Assembly (NCBI RefSeq): GCF_006345805.1
Contig: NC_043001.1
Span: forward strand, 134,168,001 to 134,232,000
Direction of reading: 5' to 3'
DNA: 64,000 nt
Source: Octopus sinensis
Lineage: Eukaryota
Below are positions 38,783 through 53,298 of the stretch, in pieces; the stretch's first letter is position 1; every line of letters begins with the position of its first letter. Position numbers and translations under genes: made by a program. The notes below the pieces were generated by a model. The model was not told the DNA's origin. It saw nothing but the letters and a program-made list of their open reading frames with translations, and did no database searches.

Positions 38783-39144
38783 TTGTAAAAACAGTATTCT
38801 TCTTATAAACAAGACATAACTATTTGGAAAGAAAACAGCTCGACAAACAAACGATAAGTTATTGAGATTTAGTAAGGAAAACTATATTTTTGATGAACTT
38901 TTCAAGAAAATATTGGCTATTATTCAGTTACAGGAATATAAATTCTTGAAACTTTAGAACAAATACTAAATAGAAGCCTTAAAATCAGATATTTCCAAAA
39001 AAAAAAAAAAAAAAAAAAAAAACTTTGAACAGATATTAAAACATGTCTATTTCAAATTTGAAAACTTCACTAAGGCCAAAATATCTGCAAGTCTTGACCA
39101 AAAAGATGATATCAATGATGTATTTGCTTCAACTTATCTCATAA

Positions 39145-39529
39145 TCTCTCTCTATATAAACGGCAGTTTGTCTGTGCGTGTTTCTGTGTGTCTGTTTGCT
39201 TGTACCCTCACCCTGACCACGGCTTTCAACCGATTCTGATGAAACTTGACACACACATAGCCCAATGTCATAATTCAAAACTAACGCAGCGAAAATTTTG
39301 AAAAGTTCCCCCAGTTCTGAAAAAGATCGATAAATTCGACATGGGGTCGAGAATCTGAAACCCAAACCACAGACCGTCTAGGGGACGCAACTCCACCTTT
39401 TTTATCCCTCAAAAAAAATTTACCATCATTTTTTTTCCATTTTTTTGCTATTTTCTGGCTATAACTCTCTAAAAATGCTTTATAGTTATTTCCCTTACAA
39501 ACCTGAGCAACGCCGGGCGATACTGCTAG
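39145..39529 (+). mobile_element. Non-autonomous Helitron, second type
   Basis: A|TCtctctctatataaacgg...cctgagcaacgccgggcgatactgCTAG|T. The last ~120 bp are shared with the 37.0-kb Helitron. Confidence 0.85.
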
Positions 39530-41252
39530 TTTTCTTATAAACATTAACAAGATTTGATAATACCAGGGATCATAGAAATATTCTTTTTAACTTCACAATC
39601 ATTCCATCATCGTTAAAACTATGAAGACATGAAGTTATAAATTCATGCAGTTTAATAGTAATCATCTGAAGCAGGTGTTGAAATTGGATAACTAAAAATA
39701 ATCAACATTTATGATTGGGTATCAAAAATATGTAAGCTACCTCTAATTTGGAAAAGGATTTAATAGCAGTGTTTAACTTTTCTGCTTCAACTTCTACAAA
39801 CTGGAATATTGAAAACACTCGGCTCTAAGTAAGATAGCTGAAGTTAAACATATGCTGAAAAATACTTGGATCAGGAGTTCTCAAACTGGAGAATGTAACA
39901 GAAATTGTGGCAGTAAGCAAACTTCGTAAAAACACTGGAATTTTTAAATAACCACAATCAACTAAACATAATTTGTGTACCTAGGAAATGTATATGGAGA
40001 GCCTCTTATTATTCCCATGCATTTATCATAGTGAACATGAATTTTCAGTGATGCTTATAACCAAAAACAAGTTCATGCTATGTATTAACTGCAGGTTGGC
40101 CTCTTTGAAACTGTGCTGAGAATTGAGTAACTTGTTAAAAAAAAAAAAAGCCAGGCTCCTCTATCATCATCATCATCGTTTAGCGTCCGTTTTCCATGCT
40201 AGCATGGGTTGGACGGTTCAACTGGAGTCTATGAAGCCGGAAGGCTTCATCAGGCCTAGTCAGATCTGGCAGTGTTTCTACAGCTGGATGCCCTTCCTAA
40301 CGCCAACCACTCCGTGAGTGTAGTGGGTGCTTTTTACGTGCCACCCGCACTGGTGCCAGACAGAGCTGGCAAACGGCCACGAACGGATGGTGCTTTTTAT
40401 GTGCCACTGGCACGGGGGCCAGGCGAGGCTGGCAATGGACACGAACGGATGAACATTCAATGAAACTGATTTTTTTACAAAGGCACAAGATTAAAATTTT
40501 TCAGGGAGAGAATAGTCAGTTATTTTGATCCCAGTATTGACTGGTACTTTATTTCATTAGCACTAAAATTAAATCAAAAACAAATAATACATGTCTGCTA
40601 TCTGTTCTATGGTATCCAACCATTTTACACTATATTCTTCACACAGGGTATGTCAACACTGCTGGATATGATGAATGGGTAGGCTGAGAGAAAAAGTTTC
40701 ATAATTCCTGACTTATATGAAACAATGTTGCAAAATGCACTTAAATATATCTGATATTGAAATATTTACATCAAATAGTAGCACTAAGTAATATGAATTT
40801 TATTACCAACTGTAAAATTGTCCATCATGTTAGCTAGATAAAGAATTTCTACACAGTTCCAGATTTCATTATTGAACAGGGTGATAGGTATTTACCTACA
40901 TCATAACATGTGGTTGTTTAAGCAATACAGTGTAATGTATTTCTCATGTGCAAATGAGGATACCATTATTGAGGTTACTCAACCTAAGTATAACAATCAA
41001 ATCTCCCTCTGCTGTCTTAAAAAGGACACATTGGACACTATTGTAACTTACTCTCAGACATGCAATAATTGAGAAAAGATAGGATGACCATGATTAGAAT
41101 ACCTTTAATCATAGGTCAACTCAGAGCTGAGCTGGGGCTAAACACAACTTATATCTGCAAAGATATAACATGATTAAAATACTAGTGAGAATAGCATGAA
41201 GGCTTTCTACCTCAATATTCTATTTCACTTAGATATTTACGTTACATTATTA

Positions 41253-41644
41253 TACTCTTTTACTCTTTTACTTGTTTCAGTCATTTGACTGCGGCCGTGC
41301 TGGAGCACCACCTTTAGTCGAGCAAATCGACCCCGGGACTTACTCTTTGTAAGCCCAGTACTTATTCTATCGGTCTCTTTTGCCGAACCGCTAAGTAACG
41401 GGGACGTAAACACACCAGCATCGGCAATGCTAGGGAGACAAACACCGACACACAAACACACACACACATATATATATATACACATATATACGACAGGCTT
41501 CTTTCAGTTTTCGTCTACCAAATCCACTCTCAAGGCATTGGTTAACCCGGGGCTATAGCAGAAGACACTTGCCCAAGATGCCACGCAGTGGGACTGAACC
41601 CGGAACCATGTGGTTGGTTAGCAAGCTACTTACCACACAGCCAT
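41253..41644 (-). mobile_element. Young SINE family B
   Basis: CpG-rich copy, nearly identical to 47641-48031 and 56347-56733. Confidence 0.88.
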
Positions 41645-42265
41645 GTTGGTTTACTCTTTGTTCTTCTTTGGCTTTTTTTTTTTGTTTATCAGAAACTTCT
41701 AGTTTCTCTTAGTTTACCTCTAATCGTATATTTCCTTGGTCTGTCTCTCACTTCATCTCTACATTTTACAAACCATCAAACTTACAGTATTTTTTTCTAC
41801 TCTAAGCACAATGCCCAAAATTTTGGAGGTGGGGGGGTCCAGTCAATTAGATCAGCCCCAGTATGCAACTGGTACTTAATTTATCAACCCTGAAAGGATG
41901 CAAGGCAAAGTCAAGATTGGCGGAATTTTAATGCTTACAGTATTGAACTATACTATACATGGTACCTACATGGTACCTAGATGCATTCAATTGTGTGCAT
42001 AATGCACAGAATATGAATTGCTGATCTCTTAGTTGATTTTCTGATGCCCCTGCCTTCTTTATTACATATCCAAATCGTGTATTTCTTGAAACAAACATAT
42101 CAGCCAATACAAAACTTCTTTCTCACTGTTCTTGTAGTATTTCTCTTGTCCATTCTCTTTACTTATTCTCCAACCTTAGTAAGTCTTCTTTCTTTAACAA
42201 CTGAGGTTAGAACTACTGAGTTGAAATCAATGTGTTTCTAACAGTAATATTATACCCATTCATCA

Positions 42266-42652
42266 GTGGAGGCGCAATGGCCCAGTGGTTAGGGCAGCGG
42301 ACTCGCGGTCATAGGATCGTGGTTTCGATTCCCAGACCGGGCGTTGTGAGTGTTTATTGAGCGAAAACACCTAAAAAAAAAAGCTCCACGAGGCTCCGGC
42401 AGGGGATGGTGGTGATCCCTGCTGTACTCTTTCACCACAACTTTCTCTCACTCTTACTTCCTGTTTTTGTTGTACCTGTACTTCAAAGGGCCGGCCTTGT
42501 CACTCTCTGAATATCCCCAAGAACTACGTTAAGGGTACACATGTCTGTGGAGTGCTCAGCCACTTACACGTTAATTTCACGAGCATGCTGTTCTGTTGAT
42601 TCGGATCAACCGGAACCCTTGTCGTCGTAACCGACGGAGTGCTTCCACCACC
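42266..42652 (+). mobile_element. SINE family E
   Basis: TSD acccattcatca at 42254-42265 and 42653-42664. It lacks ~10 bp (gtgtcacgct) relative to the other two copies. Confidence 0.9.
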
Positions 42653-45600
42653 ACCCATTCATCATTACATTACCCACATCATCACCAATTCCTACATTGT
42701 AGAAAGAATTAGCCGGAACCAAACCAACTTTAACAGCAATATTTTATCTGTTCATCTCTACATGATCAGTACCAGCAATTGTAAATAGAACTAATCAAAA
42801 TATATTAACATCAATACTGTATCTGCTCATCTCTACACTACCGACAAAGACTCCACTACTTCCTTACATCTCTGACTATTATCATTACTAGCCTAGGACA
42901 ATTGACAATCTATTCCCAACCTATTTTACAGCATTTTTTAAAATCCAAATCTTTAGTCTCTATCTTTCAGTTCCTTGTCCAAACTGGTAATCTTTCTGCC
43001 AAAATGTAAATTGCCCCAACATCAAAGAAAAATAAGTCCCCTACAACTCATGTATAACAAATTCCCAATATAACAAATGCCCAGAGTTTCTACAGCTGGA
43101 TGCCCTTCCTAACGCCAACCACTCCGTGAGTGTAGTAGGTGCTTTTTACGTGCCACCCGCACAGGTGCCAGACAGAGCTGGCAAACGGCCACGAACGGAT
43201 GGTGCTTTTTATGTGCCACCGGCACGGGGGCCAGGCGAGGCTGGCAACGGACACGAACAGATGGTGCTTTTTACGTGCCACTGGCACGAGGCCAGTCGGA
43301 GCGGCGCTGGCAACGATCGCGAAACGGATGGTTCTCTTACATGCCACCGGCACTGGTAACACATCTGCAATTTCCATTGATCGATTTCGAAACCTCAGAC
43401 TGTGATATAGTCAAGAGTGGACATTATGAAAGGATACCATGAGTTGGTGTTAGAAAACTCAATGAGTTGACATTATAGATGAACTCTTTAAGCAGGCACT
43501 CAGAGTTACAATAAAAGGCTAAATCTGGAACTAAACCAAGGAAAAGGTGTAAAGATATACTAGCAGAAAAAGATCCATAAAGTTATGAATGGAATAATAA
43601 AAGAGAAAATAAAAACACAAAAGATTAAGTTAATAAACCAAACTTTAGTATTCTGATAATAACTTCTTTTAGTTTTTAACTTGTGATAATCACACTTATA
43701 ACAAAATCTCACTATCTTACTAGCTTCTTAAACTACTTTGCATTACTAATAAATTGAATTCAATTAGGTCACATATACTTTTAGTGTTCTCCTCCCATTC
43801 ATAATTACTGATATATGTCACATGACTATTTAATTGTGCTATTTCATTAGTCTACTAGTTTTCACACATTGAACCTTCCAAGCAGCATCAAAAACCTTTT
43901 CTTCTAGTTTTGTAATAATCCGACAACATTACACACACTCACATCATCAACAGACACTAAGCAAAGTGGTTTCCTTATTGATAACAAATTAGTGAGAGTT
44001 TACTCAGTAAAATAAACGAAACAGTTGAGTAAAACATAAGAGTCTATTGACATTTATGATGTGTCAAGAAATTTACTCACATTTTTGCGGTCAAGTTACT
44101 TTGTTTATTCGATCAGAGATAAAAAATGGAACCAATTTAACTCGTTAATGGATAAAACTGGCTCAAAGGAAACTTCTAAGCAGTCTGAATGAAATGTTTC
44201 AAGTATTTTCCTACAACAGTGGATTATTTTAATTGTTTCTTTCTTTTTTTTTTTCTGTTAGATTCAAAAACTTCTTTGTTATTCCCACAAACAATCTCAA
44301 TAGATACTTTCAATTGAACCTATCCCCACATTTCCTGTTCATTCTGTTATATTGGTCAAGATACTAACACCATCATCATCACCAGCAACATTATGATTAC
44401 AGCTATGATGGTGCTCCAGTTCAGAATGGTACATAACTAGTCACATATGTGCCACAATGATGAGTTATTCAAAGGCCTAACTTATTTTTTTCATAAAAAA
44501 GTAAAAGAAAGAAAATTACCATTGCAATCTTTCTAATTGATATATTCTAGTCTACTACCATTACTAATATGTTATGTATTAGCTTTTGTTTATACCAAAC
44601 TTGCAATTGATTGTCAAAAACTGGGAGGGAGAGTTCCACACTGGTCCTGTTTTTAGGTGCAGGTACTGCTTTGTGGTTAAGAAGCTCGTTTGGCGACTGT
44701 ATGGTTGTGGGTTCAGTCCCACTGTAGTGCACCTTGGGCAAGTGTCTTCTATTATAGCCCCAGGTTGACCAATGCCTTGTGAGTGGATTTGGCAGGTAAA
44801 ACCTGTGTGGAAGCCTATCATATGTGTGTGTTTTTGCGTTTGACTCCTCTCCACTGCTTGACAACAAGTGTTGGTTTGTTTACATTCCAGTAACTTAGTG
44901 GTTCAGCAAAAGAGGCCGATAGAATAAGTACTAGACTTTAAGTACTGGTAAGATGATGCCCCAGCATGGCTGCAGTCCAATGACAAACAAAAGATAAAAG
45001 ATAGTTGGAACTATATGATATACCCTTCCTTCATGTGCGATTTACAAAAATTTGGTTGCTATTTTAGGAATGGGTTGTTCAGAGATGAAAGAGCAGTATT
45101 TGCGATCATTTCTAGTATCTTCAAGACTGGTGGAAGGGGTGGGGAAAAATTATTTTCAGGCCAGAGACTTGGCATGAATGAATACTTGAAACAGAGGGGA
45201 CTCAGCTTAAGATACCAGAGTACCATATAATGGCCTTGTGCCTATGTTTAGAAATGGTGGTGAAGAAGATTGTATGGAAAATTAAAAGGACTGAAAACAG
45301 ACACTTTCCTCTCAACCATTCCTTCATCAATTTACATTTAAAGAGGAAAGTGAGAATGGACAAGCAGGTGCTTTCCCTCTTGTGAGCCTGCCAAAAGATA
45401 GGTAACAATGGTAAGAATGGTCAAGGGGAATGGCCTACTCTCAATATACATCTACAGGCCAGAGAATATAGTCCTAGGTAACCAGGATAAGTATGTGGGG
45501 TTTCTGGACTGGTTTTAGGTGAAGATCAATATTGCCATAGTATCATCCACACGCATTACTCTAACTCATTAATACATATTGTGATGTCTTATTGATATTT

Positions 45601-47228
45601 CTTCTATACTTGTTTTTCCTGGTTTTGTTTGGAGTTCTATGTAAACTGCCATCTTTGAGATTTTAATTCAAAACTATGTGAGATAGTTGGTGGGGACCCA
45701 TGCTCAATATAATCATCATCACAATGCCCCCTACCCCCATACACCAGAATCAGTTGGAATAGCTTTGACTGGAGGTTTATGCAACTGAAGTCAACCTGCT
45801 ATTAAACAACAGCGTAAGTGAATACCATGTTTGTAAGTTCTAAATAACTAATGAAAACTATGTTGCCATGAAACAGAATATTTCTGAAGAATTTATTTTT
45901 ACATATAGTTCTATAAATTGTACATAATGGTTCAAATGCCTCCCATAACCAGGGAAGACTATTGGGCAATGAAGAGTGGCTGTAACCATTGCCAAACATT
46001 TGAATTACTGATGAGTTTTAACTAGCAGGAGCTCACTCTCAATAGGAATACTTTTGGAAATCTTATTTAGCAAAACAGGTCCTACAATAGCTGATAAAAC
46101 TTTTGAACATTGTTCTTTGAAGAGAGAAAAAAATGACAAGATAAGGATAAAATTTATATAAGAAATAACTCACTCAAAGTTTCAAAGACAGCAAATTTTA
46201 AAATTAACTGAATTGAAACAATGTTGTTTATATATATATATATATATATATATAAAAAGCACCCGTGCTGGTGCCATGTATAAAGCACTGGTGTTAGTAC
46301 CACATAAAACCATCAGTAAAGTGGTTGGTGTTAGGAAGGGCATTCAGCTGTAGAGACCATGCCAAAACAGACAATTATAATTAGAGCCTGGTGCAGCTCT
46401 CCAGCTTGCCAGCTCCTTTCAAACCGTGGAAAACAAACGTATGATGATGATGATTATATATATATGTGTATGTGTGTGTAAGATATAAACATACACGTGC
46501 TGAATATAGATTAGACCAGTTGTAATGTGCTGAGACATAAAACCACAAATATATTTAACAATAAGTTAAGATATTTAGAGCAGCAACATTGGTCCACAGA
46601 AGAAGTATGGAACGGAATGAAACATGGCACTATTTCATGTCAGTGTTATGAACTTGACAGTCACATGTGTATGAATGGATATTTCTGGAAGAGTGCATAA
46701 ACAAGATTGTTTTTATGATATGCTTTTTGATATTGAGATTGCCTTATAATCAGAAGTGTGTGCATGTGTGTGAAGGATGGAAAATAGGGATATAGAATCC
46801 AACACAAGTGAAGAAATGAATGATAAAATGATGCAGCAAAGGAGAAGAGATAGACATAGAAAAAATTGAAGAGAGAATAAGAGAAGCATATATAGATACA
46901 CATATAGCACAAATGTACTGAGAGGAACACGTGTAAGCACTTGAGGGCCAGCTTAATTATCAACTTTGTACAATAGATTTCGTAACCCTTATGTTATATA
47001 TAACTGAGTTTTTAAAACTATGAAAACAAAGGAAGACTGTTTCACTCAGCTCTTCTACAAGGTAAATATTGCAGCCATAGTTTTATTTTCACAGTCTTAT
47101 ATTATTAGAGTGGGGGAGAGGAGAGAGATAGTGAGGCATACATTTGTATACTTGACTTCATTATAAAGTAGACAGATTAGAAGACATGATATTCATAACT
47201 TCACATATTATTTATGAATGCATGCTTA

Positions 47229-48574
47229 TTCTTTTATGTGTTTCAGTCATTTGACTGCGGCCATGCTGGAACACCACCTTAAAGAGTTTTCAGTTGAAGA
47301 AATTGACCCCAGGACTTATTCTGTGTAAGCTTGGTACTTATTCTGTCTCGTTTGCTGAACCGCTAAGTTATGGGGACATAAACAAACCAGCATCGGTTGT
47401 AAAGAGATGGCAAAGAAACAAACCAAACACAGACACACAAGTCCATACATACATACATATGACGGGCTTCTTTCAGTTTCCGTCTACCAAATTCACTTAC
47501 AAGGGTTTGGTCAACCCAAGGCTATAGCAGAAGACACTTGCCCAAGGTGACACGCAGTGAGACTGAACTCAGAACAATGTGGTTGGGAAGCAAACTTCTT
47601 ACCACACAACCATGCCTGAAACTGAAATTTTATATATATACTCTTTACTCTTTTACTTGTTTCAGTCATTTGACTGCGGCCATGCTGGAGCACCGCCTTT
47701 AGTCGAAGAAATCGACCCCGGGACTTATTCATTGTAAGCCCAGTACTTATTCTATCGGTCTCTTTTGCCGAACCGCTAGGTGACGGGGACGTAAACACAC
47801 CAGCATCGGTTGTCAAGCAATGCTAGGGGAACAAACACATACACTTATATATATATATACATATATACGACAGGCTTCTTTCAGTTTCCGTCTACCAAAT
47901 CCACTCACAAGGCATTGGTCGGCCCGGGGCTATAGCAGAAGACACTTGCCCAAGATGCCACACAGTGGGACTGTACCCGGAGCCATGTGGTTGGTTAGCA
48001 AGCTACTTACCACACAGCCACTCCTGCGCCTACATATGTCAATATTGGCTTCAGTTGACAATGAATTCAAATGTTATGACATTCATGCTTTTCCAACCTC
48101 AAGTAGAAGTGTATCAATTTGGAGTAAAAATCAGACAATAACAGTTTGTGACATATATATATATATATATATATGCAGATCTTTTATCTTTTACTTGTTT
48201 CAGTCACAGAACTGCAGCTATGCTGGGGCACTGCTTTGAAAGGTTTAGTTGAACAAATCGACCCCAGCACATATTTGTTTAATCTAGTACTTATTCTGTC
48301 AGTTTCTTTTGCCAAATCACTAAGTTACCGGGACATAAACCGAAACTGGTGGTCAAGTGGTAGTGAGGGACAAACACAACACAAACATACAGACTATACT
48401 CACACACACACAATAGGCTTCGTTCAGTTTCCATATACCAAATTATTTACAAGGCTTTGGTTGGCCAAGGGCTATAGTAAATGACACTTGCCCAAGGTGT
48501 GACTCAGAAAGACTGAACCCAGAACCACACAGTTGGGAAGCAAGTTTCTTTTCCACAAAGCCATGTCTGTGCCT
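47229..48574 (-). mobile_element. Three head-to-tail family B SINEs
   Basis: Copies at about 47229-47617, 47641-48031 and 48187-48574, with differing divergence. Confidence 0.85.
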
Positions 48575-50791
48575 ATAAATGCATACATGTAAATAAACAC
48601 AATCCAAATGGTTTAAGTCATATGCAGAATTAGTACTTTGATGACTGTTCAAACTAAAAGAAATATAAATTTTACAAGACAAGTTGATTGAGATGGTCTT
48701 AAAGTAAAATGTTATGAAAAATGTAGCTATAGACATACAAAACAGGAAATGGTCATGTCTGGAATGCCTTTAAAACATAACACAGATTAATGAGGGTCAG
48801 CTCAGTGAAATTTGGCATGAATGATAGTGGTAAGCCATTAGAGCTGTGATTCTCAACCAGGGTCCATATAATCATCATCATCATCATCGTTTAACATCCG
48901 TTTTCCGCACTAGCATGGGTTGGACGGTTCGACCGGGGCCTGGGAAGCCAGGGGCTGCACCAGGCTCCAGTCTGATCTGGCAGAGTTTCTACAGCTGGAT
49001 GCCCTTCCTAATGCCAACCACTCCACAAGTGTAGTGGGTGCTTTTTACGTGCCACCTGCACAGGTGCCAGGGGGGCCTGGCATCGGCCACGATTGGTTGG
49101 AGCTTTTAACGTGCCACCGGCACGGAAGCCAGCCAAGGCGGTGCTGGCAACGGCCACGTTTGGATGGTGCTTTTTATGTGCCACCGGCACAGAAGCCAGT
49201 CGAGGCGGCGCTGGCAGTGGTTGATAAATAATTCCTATTGTCGTTGTGTACATTTTATATTCATTTCTATTACAGACTCACTTGCATGCCTACATTTTTA
49301 TTTTGTTCACTCCTTCATGTGTTTTGTGTATTATTGCAGACTCACTTGCCTGTACTTACACACTCACACACATTAGTGCAGTTAAGAATGTGGTTAAGAA
49401 GTTTGTAGTTTCAGGTTCAATCCCACAGTACTGTGTCTAGGGCAAGTGTTTTCTACCATCGTTTTTGGACAACCAAAGCTATTTGAGTAGATGTGGTTAT
49501 CATAAACAGAAAGAAGCTCATTGTATATCATCATTATTGTTTTATGTCCACTTTCTATGCAGATATAGGTTGGACAGGTTGCTATGGCAGGAATCTTTGG
49601 GGATTGTAAAAATTTGGGGATTGTGTTTATCAAGACAGGTTGGGAGAACTGCGACTTACTGGTGAATTTCACTTTTAGCTACATTTCTAGAGCAGGGTGC
49701 TCTTCTTAAGTCCAACTACTTTAAACTATATGCTGGATGCTTTTTTCACAGCAACCAAATCAAATACTGCAAGGATTTTGTCCAAATCTAAGAATTCTAC
49801 CAATCTACCTCTCTGAATAGGTCCTTTACAAACTTGATTTTGGTGGGATTTAAACTGAGAATATAAAAAGAGGGGACAAATGTTGCAAGGAATTTTGTTT
49901 GTTGCTTTAATGTATAATATGATTCCACTACTACTTACTTTCAATGAAAACAAGTTGGAAAATAATTTCACATAGTTCTTTTTGATGAATGCTCTATACT
50001 ACTCTGTTTATGCAATGAAAGATCACGGGTTTGAAACTTGAAGGAAATTGCTATTGAAAAGGTTACATGCTGTAAGTTCTTGCATAGCTGTAATGATGTT
50101 TTGCCGTAGAGTTTTGTGAGCTGTGTACATTGCTGTTGCCTGTTGGAAAATAGCCAAACTATAAAGTACTGTTGCTGCCCCTCAGTTGCTACTGCTATAT
50201 GTGCAGTAGGCTGTTGGAAATGTCTGCATGTATTCGTACAGCAATCGGCAATTAGGCATGCCCATTAATATAACATCATGCTAATCACTGGTTGATTATT
50301 GGAAATGGCTGATTCAGTGTTAATGTTGCCAGTACTATGTCAGCAGCACCTATCATCAACAATTGTGACATTTAACACAGCATGTTAATTATTAATTAGT
50401 TGAGAAGTGTGAATTTAAATTAATTCAACCATGAATTAAATCAGTGAGCACACTGTTCGTATTGTTGGTAACCAAGTATTGTCTTCCTTTTATCGGGTGA
50501 GTTCCACTACATGGTCAACAAACATTTTAAGCACAACCTCTTTATCCTACACCAGCAGATGAACAAATATCTGCTGCTATCATTTTTGATTATTTTCACG
50601 GCTGCTTCAGTGCTTTCATCTTTCTCAGACCTCCAACAGAGTGACACATTTTCACACACACACATGAATTACAATTCCATTCATAGAATTCAGTCTACTA
50701 CCGCACACATAAAACTGGATTTCTTTGTCTGGGGACTGGAGTTTCTGGCCATTTCAATCTTCAAGCTGGCTTCCGTGTTGGTGGCACGTAA

Positions 50792-50944
50792 AAAGCACCA
50801 TCCGAATCGTGGCCGAAGCCAGTGCCGCCTTGACTGGCTTCCAAAGCACCATCCGAATCGTGGCCAAAGCCAGTGCCGCCTCGACTGGCTTCCAAAGCAC
50901 CATCCGAATCGTGGCCGAAGCCAGTGCCGCCTCGACTGGCTTCC
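50792..50944 (+). repeat. 3 x 51-bp tandem repeat inside an RTE 3'UTR
   Basis: Unit aaagcaccatccgaatcgtggccgaagccagtgccgcc(t/c)cgactggcttcc, with no spacers. Confidence 0.92.
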
Positions 50945-51741
50945 ATGCAGGTGGCACGTAAAATACACCAATCCGACCGTGGCCGTTGCCAGCCTCGCCT
51001 GGCACCAGTGCAGGTGGCACGTAAAAAGCACCCACTACACTCTCAGAGTGGTTGGTGTTAGGAAGGGCATCCAGCTGTAGAAACTTTGCCAGATAAGACC
51101 GGAGCCTGGTGCAGCCTTCTGGCTTCCCAGATCCCCGGTCGAACCGTCCAACCCATGCTAGCATGGAGAACGGATGTTAAATGATGATGATGATGATGAT
51201 GAAGCAAGAAACTAGATTATCTGAACACACACACACACATTATCTGTGGGTATATTTCACAAAGGTACTGAAAATATGTCTATGATTACTGCTGTTTACT
51301 CCAAGTCTGCCCTAATGATGCAAATTTATAATCAAAGTCATTCCACCTGTGACCATCTCATATTCTTGTAGGTCAAGAATTACATATTTCTGGCTAAAAA
51401 CAGTGCCCCAGCAAGACCACAGTCCAATGACTGAAACCAAGAAAAATATAAATAATATATAAACACACTCATCAATAATTATTAAATATATACTCATGTC
51501 AGTAGCTATATGTATAAAAGCAAGAACAAGAAGTGGTAGTACAAATATTCAAACCATTTTACTGCTTTTCATGACATTTTTGAATATTAATAAATCATTT
51601 TGTTACTGACTTGTAATGGTGATATTTTACCACCCCTATACATTTCAAATATTCTTATATTCTGAGCCTGGTTCTATTGGTCTCCTTTGCTGAACCACTA
51701 ATTTATGGGGACATAAAATCACCAACCTTGGTTGTCAAGCA

Positions 51742-51788
<47 letters not shown>

Positions 51789-51790
<2 letters not shown>

Positions 51791-52108
51791 TCTGTTTTCC
51801 CAGTCCTTGTTTTCATATACATTCGATGCTTTCTTCCAAAGGAATCTAATGCTCTTAGCTTAGTTTTTCCTTGGGGCTGGCCAGATTGGTGCGATCTCAA
51901 GATTAATCAGCCGAAATTGCAAGGACGATCTGGTTCTTGACTGAAGATAGAAAGCTTTGAATGACCCGTCCTTGTTTATTTTTTTTTTTGTATCGTCTAT
52001 CTGGATGTTTTGTTGTCCCTTTTTGTATCACCTAGTTGTCCGGATGTTTTGTTGTCCCTTTTTGTATCACCTAGTTGTCCGGATGTTTTGCATTCTTGTC
52101 CCATTTTG

Positions 52109-52110
<2 letters not shown>
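51789..52110. mobile_element. (TA)n-bounded insert, possibly Penelope terminal-repeat derived; contains a 39-bp tandem duplication
   Basis: Flanked by long (TA)n on both sides. It contains ctgaaga, and ggatgttttgttgtccctttttgtatcacctagttgtcc occurs twice. A similar microsatellite-bounded insert lies at 53010-53200. Confidence 0.4.
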
Positions 52111-52144
<34 letters not shown>

Positions 52145-53262
52145 GCATACATACACTTTATTTTCTTATATGTAAGTATATGTGTGTGTGTGTGTGTAAT
52201 ATATATGAATGTATCATATATATTTATGTATATAGTATCATATATTTACATGATGTATATATACATGCATCCATGTGTCTCCCTGTGTTGACATTGCATG
52301 ACATGCAAATGAGTCCCACAATCATTTTAATGTCCTTTGCCACAAACATATTAGACAGGCAGAATTCAGTGAGGTTGATTTTCTAAAGCCAGATGCCTTT
52401 CCTGTTACCAACTCTCACTTGTTTCCAAGCAAGACAACATTTCCCCACTGTCTGTCATGTTTTCCCAGCAGACTGGAATGAATAACACCATTTGTATGAC
52501 AGTGGTACTCATTTCTAACTGCCACACAATGTCATGATAACAAGATGCAAACACACATACATGCGCACATAAATATATATATATATATATATATACATAT
52601 GTAATGAGCTTCTCTCAGTTTCCACCTACCTAATCCACTCACAAGGCTTTGGTTGGATCCAAGACCATAGTAGAAGTCATTTACCTAAGGTGTTACAATG
52701 GGGCTGAACTCGAAGCCTTGTGGTTGGAAAGCAAAGTGCTTAACCACATACCCATGCCTGCAGTCATACACAACCATATGCATGTGCCAATGCACAATCA
52801 CACCTATATATATATACTACACTCGTGGAGTGGTTGGCGTTAGGAAGAGCATCCAGCCGTAGAAACTCTGCCAGATCAGACTGGAGCCTGGAGCAGCCCC
52901 TGGCTTCCCAGACCCTGGTCGAACCGTCCAACCCGTGCTAGCGCGGAAAACGGACGTTAAACGATGATGATGATGATGATGATGATGATATATATATATA
53001 TATATATATCCTTCGAAACGTAGAGTAGATGAAACCTTAGCGACTGAAGAGGGGGATTTTCCGTTGTGCTTATTGTCCTGTATCTCTCTTTTTTTGCTTG
53101 TCTTGTTCCTTGGTTTGTGTCTATGTTTTTCGTCTCTCTATGTGTCCGACGTCTTTTTGGTGTCCTGTACACATATATGCGTGTATATGTACATGTAGAG
53201 GTAGGTACGTACATATATGTTTATATATATGCATATGTTCTATTTTATTAACATATATATAT

Positions 53263-53298
<36 letters not shown>

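Noticed and set aside
42266-42345. tRNA genes (also at 13850-13927, 35400-35472 and 36039-36110)
   Set aside because: The A/B boxes are heads of TSD-flanked SINEs that continue into family-specific bodies, with no complete acceptor stem.
50792-50944. CRISPR-like regular repeat
   Set aside because: The units are directly adjacent with no spacers, there are no cas genes, and the context is eukaryotic.
50511-51080. 189-aa ORF with 17-aa repeats
   Set aside because: The repeats come from the 51-bp tandem unit in an RTE 3'UTR.
51347-51393. 47-nt AG...GT segment as BicC exon 2
   Set aside because: The length is plausible, but in phase 1 it reads A-R-N-M-stop and lacks the EDFFQK motif.
51930-51975. 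Hammerhead at ctgaagatagaaagctttgaatgacccgtc
   Set aside because: GAAA is replaced by GAAT, and stems I and III cannot be paired convincingly.
4550-52990. Sense-orientation bias of RTE copies in the intron (about 13 minus versus 5 plus by my count)
   Set aside because: The sample is too small (two-sided binomial about 0.1) and my count is approximate.
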